DNA from: a virus | Taxonomy: Duplodnaviria > Caudoviricetes | DNA length: 64,000 nucleotides | IMG/VR virus record: IMGVR_UViG_3300020411_000980 | Coordinates: 38,353 to 102,352 of that record | Reading direction: 5' to 3' (one strand) | In this document: piece by piece, positions 57,152 through 64,000 of the stretch | Numbering within the stretch: the first letter of the stretch is position 1 | How the letters are laid out: each line of letters begins with the position of its first letter | Notes under the pieces: generated by a model | The model's input: only the letters and a program-made list of their open reading frames with translations | Databases searched by the model: none | What the model was told of the DNA's origin: nothing | Program-made: the position numbers and the translations under genes

Positions 57152-57979
57152 TTAACTACCAAATGTTAGCGTCGCAGCTCCATTTGTATACTTAGTCTCA
57201 GCACCCTTACTGGAGTTAAGAACACAACGATACTTGTAACCGTTTAATGTAGTACCACCTAGACTACTATAAGCAAGTGTTGCTGTAGTGAAGTCTGCGT
57301 ATGTGATACCAGTATCAAGGTCAGCCTTAATGTCTACCCAACGAGTAGTTGCATTTGCTGTCTGACGTTGCCACTTGTATGTGATAGTACCTGACTGATC
57401 CACTGTTGCAGCAGCAACGAATGTTCCAGCACCACTAGAGGATGTAGAGTTTGCAGGTTGTGTACCGACTGTGATTGTCTCGTTGACATCAGCGTCAATA
57501 GTATCCTGAGCAAAGTCACCTGCTGAACCAGCAGCAACCTTGAGGGGAACTAAACACTCTGCCTTGTGACGCTCGGTACCATTATATGTTTGATAAGTTT
57601 GATACAACCACCAACCAGGTCCAGTGATACCACGAGTTTTGTTTGATGCGATACCATCTTCAGATGTATCAACAAAAACTAAATCGTAGTTTGTGTTACT
57701 GTCACCACCTTTGATGACATATTCTGCAACTGCTTTAGGAGGTGTTCTCCTTATAACGGATGCAGCAGCAACTGTTGCTGTGCTTCCTGCATAATTCTTG
57801 TGCAATTCTATTGATGTAGTACTGGTTACTTGCTTAACAATGTAGTTTACACTACTAATATTAAGTACGTCACCTACATTTACAGAGTCCGCAGCATTTT
57901 TAGATACTGTAGCATCACCATTGGTGACACCTATAGTATTACTAAAGGCTGCAGCATCTATTTTTCCGTGGACTGCCAT
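57152..57979 (-). CDS. Structural protein with C-terminal Ig-like domain (Hoc-like)
   Basis: TQPAN, ITYKWQR, NGYKYRCVL; late promoter 58013-58020. Confidence 0.65.
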   Translation of the reverse strand: MAVHGKIDAAAFSNTIGVTNGDATVSKNAADSVNVGDVLNISSVNYIVKQVTSTTSIELHKNYAGSTATVAAASVIRRTPPKAVAEYVIKGGDSNTNYDLVFVDTSEDGIASNKTRGITGPGWWLYQTYQTYNGTERHKAECLVPLKVAAGSAGDFAQDTIDADVNETITVGTQPANSTSSSGAGTFVAAATVDQSGTITYKWQRQTANATTRWVDIKADLDTGITYADFTTATLAYSSLGGTTLNGYKYRCVLNSSKGAETKYTNGAATLTFGS

Positions 57980-58024
57980 TGGTATCTCCAGAGATTTGTT
58001 ACTTCGTTTTATTATTTATATGTA

Positions 58025-58213
58025 CTAGGATTCAAGCAGAGCCTTCTGGAGAGCGACAACTAGTTCGTCATCTACTTTGTTTCCAGTCTTTGCTGCTGCT
58101 TTCTTGAGCAACTTAATTAAAAAATCTTTGATAACAGAGTCAAGATCTTCAGGTATCCTATCAACAGCCTTGTTGATGATACTAATTGCTATAGGCATTA
58201 AAAAGTTAATCAT
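58025..58213 (-). CDS. Hypothetical protein
   Basis: 62-aa amphipathic ORF. Confidence 0.6.
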   Translation of the reverse strand: MINFLMPIAISIINKAVDRIPEDLDSVIKDFLIKLLKKAAAKTGNKVDDELVVALQKALLES

Positions 58214-58221
58214 AATTTCAG

Positions 58222-58377
58222 TTACGAATCTGAATTATGTATAACCTCAGAGGATCTTTTTGACGTTCCTTTAAGCGATTCGATATCTGCCTTAATGATG
58301 GCACGAATAGACTCCTTCATTATATCCTCTTTCTTAGGATTAATGATGATCTTAGATTTCTTTTCGCTTAAGTTCAT
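58222..58377 (-). CDS. Small hypothetical protein (51 aa)
   Basis: Hand-translated MNLSEKKSKIIINPKKE... Confidence 0.45.
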   Translation of the reverse strand: MNLSEKKSKIIINPKKEDIMKESIRAIIKADIESLKGTSKRSSEVIHNSDS

Positions 58378-58378
58378 A

Positions 58379-59956
58379 CTACTTACCAAAGTTGGGGAAG
58401 TGCTTTTTAAATAGGGCAGATGCTTCCTTGTGCTTACCCTTGTTAGTGAGTGACTTGGTTTGTTTCAAGACATCTCTCTTCTTCTGTTGCTCAGGAGTAG
58501 GATTATCTCCTTCCTGTATTTCTTCTAGATCGAATCCTAACCTAGCTCTCCAGTTGCTAGCTTCGGGATCCCTTAGATTGTTCTGGTCGTGCGCTTTTGT
58601 CTCTTGCTCTCCCAGAATTCTCCGAATTCTTTGAGTTCTTGATAGGTCCATAGTGGTTTCCAAAGTAGTTTCTTCACCCATACGACTAGCAACATATCCA
58701 GACGCTTTGGACACAGCACGTGCTGAGATTCCAACCGCCTTCTTGACACCACGTTTTATCTTACTACCAGTTGAGGATGAAGATGATGATGTGGTACCGC
58801 CACCGCTAGAGGATGATGACGAGCTACTCTCCTTCTTCTTATCACCACCAGTTACTATGGTAGGTGCTTTTGGTCCTGAAGATTTAGATGAGGACTTAGA
58901 TAGAGTGGAGGTAGATGATGAGGAGTCTTTTTTCTGACCGCCAGAAGAACGGATTTTATTCAGAAGTTCCTCACCTTTCCTATGTGTCTCTGACTTCTTA
59001 GAATCAGATGACGAGGAAGACTTGGTTGATGATTTCTCTAGAGCTGCCTTCTTACTTTTCTCTTTGGCAGCAGAGTATTCACCTGCGACTTTGCCAGCAG
59101 TCTGTGCTGCTTTCTTACCGACTGCCTTGACCGTTTTCTTCACGGCTGATCCAGCAGACTTGGCAACGTCTTTTGCTTGGGCTTTAACACTAGGTTTAGG
59201 CTTAGAAGCAAGTCGCTTCTTCGCTATAGCACCAGCATCTCTGCCTGGTTTCTCCTTTTGAGGAGCTTGTACAGCAACGTGTGGACGTGCTGAATGCTTG
59301 TTGGGAGCTTCAGTTAGTTGCTCACCTTCTATGGTAACATCTTCCTTCTTAGTGAGGACAGCATTGTGACCATACTTAGCTCGTAGGTTCTTTACAGTAA
59401 GTTTAAATGCTTTCTGTGAGTTAGCCTGAGCCTTTCTTTGTTCTTCTGGTGTCAACCCCTTGGTACCACCAGTGGATTTTCTATTAGAAGGGTTGTCTCC
59501 ATCGCCAGGTCCTGGGAGTCCTAACTCTCTCTTCCTGTCTTTGATGCGATCATACTCTTCTTCATCGAGGACTTCAACTTCTTCCTTGGTGTCAACTAGC
59601 CCCGTATTCTTGACACCACCGCTAAAACCCGCAGCTTTCTTCGCATCCCCCTTGGCTTTGATAGAATTCTGTTGGGCATTCACAGGTCCTTCTGTGCTCT
59701 TAGGTTCTTTGATCGTATCGATCTTACCTGATGCTGCACTAGGTTTGTTATCTATAGTAGCTGCATTAGCAGTCTTCTCTCGGAGTATACCAGCAATCTC
59801 CTTACAAGCGACAGTCTCTTTCAGACTAGCATCGATGTACATCTGTTGAGCTTCAACTGTAGAGTAGTTACGCTCTGCGTATTCCACTACATATGTTGCT
59901 CTAGTTACATCAGCTGGATTGTATTTAAGCAGTCTTCCTGCAAGTTTAAGATCCAT
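58379..59956 (-). CDS. Low-complexity Lys/Ser-rich probable internal head protein
   Basis: 525 aa; several (I/L)xE sites; late promoter 59980-59985. Confidence 0.55.
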   Translation of the reverse strand: MDLKLAGRLLKYNPADVTRATYVVEYAERNYSTVEAQQMYIDASLKETVACKEIAGILREKTANAATIDNKPSAASGKIDTIKEPKSTEGPVNAQQNSIKAKGDAKKAAGFSGGVKNTGLVDTKEEVEVLDEEEYDRIKDRKRELGLPGPGDGDNPSNRKSTGGTKGLTPEEQRKAQANSQKAFKLTVKNLRAKYGHNAVLTKKEDVTIEGEQLTEAPNKHSARPHVAVQAPQKEKPGRDAGAIAKKRLASKPKPSVKAQAKDVAKSAGSAVKKTVKAVGKKAAQTAGKVAGEYSAAKEKSKKAALEKSSTKSSSSSDSKKSETHRKGEELLNKIRSSGGQKKDSSSSTSTLSKSSSKSSGPKAPTIVTGGDKKKESSSSSSSSGGGTTSSSSSSTGSKIKRGVKKAVGISARAVSKASGYVASRMGEETTLETTMDLSRTQRIRRILGEQETKAHDQNNLRDPEASNWRARLGFDLEEIQEGDNPTPEQQKKRDVLKQTKSLTNKGKHKEASALFKKHFPNFGK

Positions 59957-59978
59957 TGGATTAAAAATTCCGATAGTA

Positions 59979-61208
59979 CTATTTAGTTTTTCTAAAATCG
60001 CTGAACTTTCTCAACGTAGGATTCATAGTAGTAAACCTACCAGTAGCCTGTCCAGGAGTCATATCCTGTAGTGCCTTCCTATATGTATCAGTTCCGACTT
60101 TCCAAGTGTTTCCACTTCCATCATCAGCAGAGAAATGTTGCTCATCAGGATCAACATCATTCTGTGTTACTTCATTAAGAGAGGTCAACCATACACGGAA
60201 TCTCCAACCGTGCTCATCTTCGAAGATGGCATAGTTAGTTCCACGATATACTACCTCACCTCTGACTCCAGTGTCAGTATGTTCTACTAGAGAACCCATC
60301 TGGAATACTTCTTGATTAACGTATGCTTCACGTAGACCTTGTTGATCTAACTTAGGAGCGATCTTCCAAAGTTCAGTTACCTTCTCAGTCTTCTTAGGTT
60401 CACCAGATGGTGTCTTCTCTTCAGAAGTTACACCCATACCTCTACGTACAGCATTCATTAAGTTAGATGCCAAAGACTCATCCCCACCAGGGATACCCTT
60501 AGCAAACTCTTTTAAGTTACCTTCTGCAGCAAACGCTCTCATCTTAGATGCTGACATACCTTCGGCACCTTCAGCATCAGGATCTCTAGAACCTGCAGAC
60601 TTAACCTCCAATCCTTCTTCAAAATTATATGCTACACCGTTGTACTTCTCTAGTAGTGTACTGAATTCAGACACCCTATCATCGCCAACGACCATAGTAA
60701 TAGCACTGTAGCCTTCTTCATTTAATGCATTTAATACATTAAAAATGTTCCCCATCGATTCATCATTCTGAATAGCATCAGCGTGCTCAGGGAACATCTT
60801 TTTCATATAGTTGATCTTCTCAACTGGTTGAAGAGGGTTTTGTTTAGGATCTACAGATCGTGAAGGATATATTCTATACTCTCCAGTCGATTCAGAAGCC
60901 ACCTTATCAAATACTTTTTGGTGACCTATCGTAGGAGGATTGAAACGACCAAAGGTAAGAGCTACTGCACCCTTATCTTCTACACTAGCATTTGCTTCGT
61001 CTTCGGCATAGCCGTTAGCAGCATCTTGTTGTACAACATCTGCCTCTTGCGGGTCAACAGGGACAAGCCTCTCTCCACCCTCTGATTTAGCAACTATAGT
61101 ACCAGATCTGTCTGCATAATAGCCGTGACCAACGTGTGACAAACCTCTCTTAGCAGCGGTCTCTCCAGCAACAGTCCTAGCTTCAGCAATGAAGTTAGTA
61201 AATTTCAT
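59979..61208 (-). CDS. HIGH-superfamily (cytidylyltransferase/NMNAT-like) nucleotidyltransferase
   Basis: TFGRFNPPTIGH, NPL...K, VGDDR, MSASKMR. Confidence 0.8.
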   Translation of the reverse strand: MKFTNFIAEARTVAGETAAKRGLSHVGHGYYADRSGTIVAKSEGGERLVPVDPQEADVVQQDAANGYAEDEANASVEDKGAVALTFGRFNPPTIGHQKVFDKVASESTGEYRIYPSRSVDPKQNPLQPVEKINYMKKMFPEHADAIQNDESMGNIFNVLNALNEEGYSAITMVVGDDRVSEFSTLLEKYNGVAYNFEEGLEVKSAGSRDPDAEGAEGMSASKMRAFAAEGNLKEFAKGIPGGDESLASNLMNAVRRGMGVTSEEKTPSGEPKKTEKVTELWKIAPKLDQQGLREAYVNQEVFQMGSLVEHTDTGVRGEVVYRGTNYAIFEDEHGWRFRVWLTSLNEVTQNDVDPDEQHFSADDGSGNTWKVGTDTYRKALQDMTPGQATGRFTTMNPTLRKFSDFRKTK

Positions 61209-61240
61209 CTAATCTACGTCGTTTCCTATAGTATATTTAT

Positions 61241-62428
61241 TCATCCCCAGTTCTTTGCTACTGTGAAGTTCGACTTAGAGAACTCCATCCTATCTACTAG
61301 CTTCAAAGAAGTACCAGATTTTATAGCAACAAATCCTTCTGGAGCAGTGACTCTATACCCATCGTCTGTACGAATAAAGGTACCAATGTCCTGTACTTTA
61401 GACAGTTTCTTGACTACCATATTCTTAGCAGCAATGAGATTTAAATAAGAAGCCACAGTCATATATATGGCTCTATTATATGTCTTGATAAATTTTAAAC
61501 CATCTGCCTGTACCTTCTGCCACTTGCTCTTAGCACTAGGAGTCTTAACTGAATTGATCTGTTTAGTTAATGCTTGTTGATAGTAGTTTGCAAAGTTAGC
61601 AGTCACAGCCTTAGTATTAGTAAGGTTCTTACCTCCACGAATGTATGAGTTAAAGAACTGTTTAAACATTACTGCTAACATAAACTTACCCTGACCAGTA
61701 TCCTTTAGGATATCAAGAAAAGCAGATGCTTGTTTAAGAGATCCACTAGCACGATTAACTGCTGCATTATATGCTGTCTTCTCTGCTGCAGTAAACTGTG
61801 AAGCACCAGTAGCATCAGTAAAGTTTGAAGAGAACACGTGTACAGTTGCACTACTAGCAGGTGTCTTCACTCCAAACGTTGCAGTAAGTTCACTCATTGT
61901 TGCACCAGTATATTTGGTATGAAATACTATGCCCAATGAACTTGCCTTTACCTTTGCACCTAATGGACTGGTAGATGGTATAGCATACGTGATTGTATTA
62001 GGTTGAAAGACTACACAAGACTCACCATTAACTTGTCCTACTGTCTTATCAGTAGTGTACAATAGATCTCCCTGTAGTATTCCTGTAAGATTAAGAGAGG
62101 GAAGATACTTCAAACACGCTTTTAATTTCTTATTTAATTCTCCTGCATCATAGTAGAAGTCAACCTGTTCATCAGAATAACATATTTTTGGATTGTTTAT
62201 ATTGAAGACTGACTTAGTTCCTACAAAGAACTCTCCATTCTCAGGGTTGGTACCACATACTACAGCAGGTGCACCATCCCATTTAGTAGTAACATTTATA
62301 CTACTGCTAGATGGTCCTGTCAACATCTTACCTAATGAGTTCAGGAAGTTAATAGCATTCTTACCTCCTGCTGAACCATTGTTCAGGATGTCATCTTCAA
62401 GGTGTTCGAGGTGGGTATTCTTAGACAT
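61241..62428 (-). CDS. RNA-ligase-like covalent nucleotidyltransferase (DUF6267-type)
   Basis: KWDG, LQGDLL, EGFVAI, LKLVDRMEF in ligase motif order. Confidence 0.6.
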   Translation of the reverse strand: MSKNTHLEHLEDDILNNGSAGGKNAINFLNSLGKMLTGPSSSSINVTTKWDGAPAVVCGTNPENGEFFVGTKSVFNINNPKICYSDEQVDFYYDAGELNKKLKACLKYLPSLNLTGILQGDLLYTTDKTVGQVNGESCVVFQPNTITYAIPSTSPLGAKVKASSLGIVFHTKYTGATMSELTATFGVKTPASSATVHVFSSNFTDATGASQFTAAEKTAYNAAVNRASGSLKQASAFLDILKDTGQGKFMLAVMFKQFFNSYIRGGKNLTNTKAVTANFANYYQQALTKQINSVKTPSAKSKWQKVQADGLKFIKTYNRAIYMTVASYLNLIAAKNMVVKKLSKVQDIGTFIRTDDGYRVTAPEGFVAIKSGTSLKLVDRMEFSKSNFTVAKNWG

Positions 62429-63878
62429 TTAATGAAAGATAATTCTTGAGTCGTGGTCCTTTCTCTACTAGGTTACGGAAGTATCCGTTACCTTTGTTTG
62501 CTGCTGCTTCAAACTTCAGACGTAAGTTGATTAAAGATCTCTTACTATCATCACCAGTAGCATTCTTATCAAGTAACTGGATGATAGGTTTGTCTGGCAT
62601 CTGGTATGACTTGAAGTTGGTGGTAGCAGAACTGGACATCTTCACTTCTAATTCTAACTGTCCACCCTCCAGCAAGGCACCCAGTCTACTGAAATCGTAA
62701 ACAATTGAAACGTCCCCTGCTAGTTCTACTATCTTAACATTCTTTTCACCCTTAGTAGCAAAGAAATTTATACCTCTATCCAACCTCCCAAAGAAATCTG
62801 CTGCTGAAGGACCATTAACATCCTTCTTTATCTGCTTGAAAGCCCAATCATATGCTACCTGTACAGCGTGGATGCAACGTTGCTGTTCTATCTCACCTTT
62901 CTTTAATGCTTTAGCCCAATTATTAACCACTGTCTGATCACCTGCTGGATCTCTATTCATCAATTGAGACCAGAAGAATGTCTGTTTATCTAGATCCCAT
63001 CCACCAGTCTGTCCAAACTGTCCTACAGATCTCTTCAATGATACCTGTGTGATATCCATCATCTCTCCACGTGAACCACTGATAGGAAATTCTATATCAT
63101 CATTGATATGTAATTTTATATCAACCTTAGTTCCTTTCTGATCACTGTTACCATCAGCTTCAATTTTAATATTATCATACATTAGATTTGTATAACACTC
63201 TGTAGCTAGAGTACTAATCTCTTTACCATTACAATAATGACAGCAACTCTTATACATACGTGCTCTTGTCGTTACTTCATCTGGTTTAGTACTACAGAAG
63301 AAATCTAGATCTGCCTTTGCTAATTTAATGAATAGTACTACGTCATCATCTGGTACAGCAGCACCTTTATATCCAGGTGGTATAAAGTTCTTTGATTTAA
63401 ATGTTAACTCTATATGATTAACTGTCTTGGCTTTGATACAACGATGTATCATTGCTGCTAGGTCAGTAGGAGTAATATCTTTATCCTTCTTCTCAAACCT
63501 AGCAGCCATAGCTGCTGCCAATATACCTTCAGCTACATTACCCAAATTATATTTTGCTCTACTAGTCTGTTTAATATTTTCCTTAGATAAATGCTTGAGA
63601 TTAATATCTATTAGACCTGTCTTGGTACCATACCTACCAGTATAAGCAGGTAGGATAACACTACGATTTAATTTACCTGTACCTTGGAAAGCAGCTGAAA
63701 GATCAGCAGGTGTCTTTACCTTTTTCCATCTATCATCATCAGCATTAATCTTAACTTCATTCTTAGCCCAACCCAAAGAATCATCAACCTTAAATGGTTT
63801 ATGATCTTTAACCATAGAATTAAAGTTAGTCCAGTAGTCTACACTTTTATTAAGATCAGCTATTGAGATGACAGCCAT
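62421..63878 (-). CDS. Hypothetical protein, possible PD-(D/E)XK nuclease
   Basis: GNVAEG, TKVDI...QVSLK. Confidence 0.5.
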   Translation of the reverse strand: MAVISIADLNKSVDYWTNFNSMVKDHKPFKVDDSLGWAKNEVKINADDDRWKKVKTPADLSAAFQGTGKLNRSVILPAYTGRYGTKTGLIDINLKHLSKENIKQTSRAKYNLGNVAEGILAAAMAARFEKKDKDITPTDLAAMIHRCIKAKTVNHIELTFKSKNFIPPGYKGAAVPDDDVVLFIKLAKADLDFFCSTKPDEVTTRARMYKSCCHYCNGKEISTLATECYTNLMYDNIKIEADGNSDQKGTKVDIKLHINDDIEFPISGSRGEMMDITQVSLKRSVGQFGQTGGWDLDKQTFFWSQLMNRDPAGDQTVVNNWAKALKKGEIEQQRCIHAVQVAYDWAFKQIKKDVNGPSAADFFGRLDRGINFFATKGEKNVKIVELAGDVSIVYDFSRLGALLEGGQLELEVKMSSSATTNFKSYQMPDKPIIQLLDKNATGDDSKRSLINLRLKFEAAANKGNGYFRNLVEKGPRLKNYLSLNV

Positions 63879-63901
63879 TAGTTCCGCAGGTCTCCACGGT
63901 A

Positions 63902-64000
63902 CTATTTAGAATTGATGTGAGACAGGGTAACGTTGAAGGCTATACTATACCTGTCTTGAGGTACTGGTGACTGATCAATCCAGTGCATAATCCAACTAGG
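63902..64000 (-). CDS. 3' fragment of a 2OG-Fe(II) oxygenase-like protein
   Basis: PSWIMHWI...RYSIAFN-stop. Confidence 0.65.
   Translation of the reverse strand, partial: PSWIMHWIDQSPVPQDRYSIAFNVTLSHINSK

Noticed and set aside
456-63645. Many plus-strand ORFs of 60-170 aa in the ORF track
   Set aside because: Antisense shadows of real minus-strand genes with no motifs; only gp48 and gp53 are credible on plus

Overview
A 64-kb segment of a marine T4-like cyanomyovirus (Kyanoviridae-type; Prochlorococcus-like psbA). Almost all genes are on the minus strand; only gp48 and gp53 are on plus. In order: tandem flavin-dependent (PrnA-like) halogenases; Gly-rich tail-fibre and structural genes; two cpeT paralogues; a manA-like ncRNA; the baseplate/tail module (gp5, hub/tape-measure-like genes, gp51, gp26, gp54-like, gp2, gp4, gp48, gp53); gp32, gp33, exonuclease, phoH, thyX, glutaredoxin; an auxiliary-metabolic island (cp12, pcyA, purC, purN, def, three tRNAs, psbA without psbD, psbN-like, petF, hli cluster, pyrE, talC); nrdB, nrdA, primase; and probable head/internal proteins. 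Best leads: (1) a tandem glutamine-II riboswitch whose second aptamer has a whole 63-aa ORF inside its P2 loop, behind an NtcA box and ahead of a DUF4278-like gene; (2) a predicted -1 frameshift (T TTT TTC, SD 10 nt upstream) fusing gp26 to gp51; (3) a nuclease-like + RNA-ligase-like + NMNAT-like cassette with a T4-type capsid-targeting signal; (4) apparent avoidance of CATG and CCGG. All calls come from reading motifs by eye; no searches were run.
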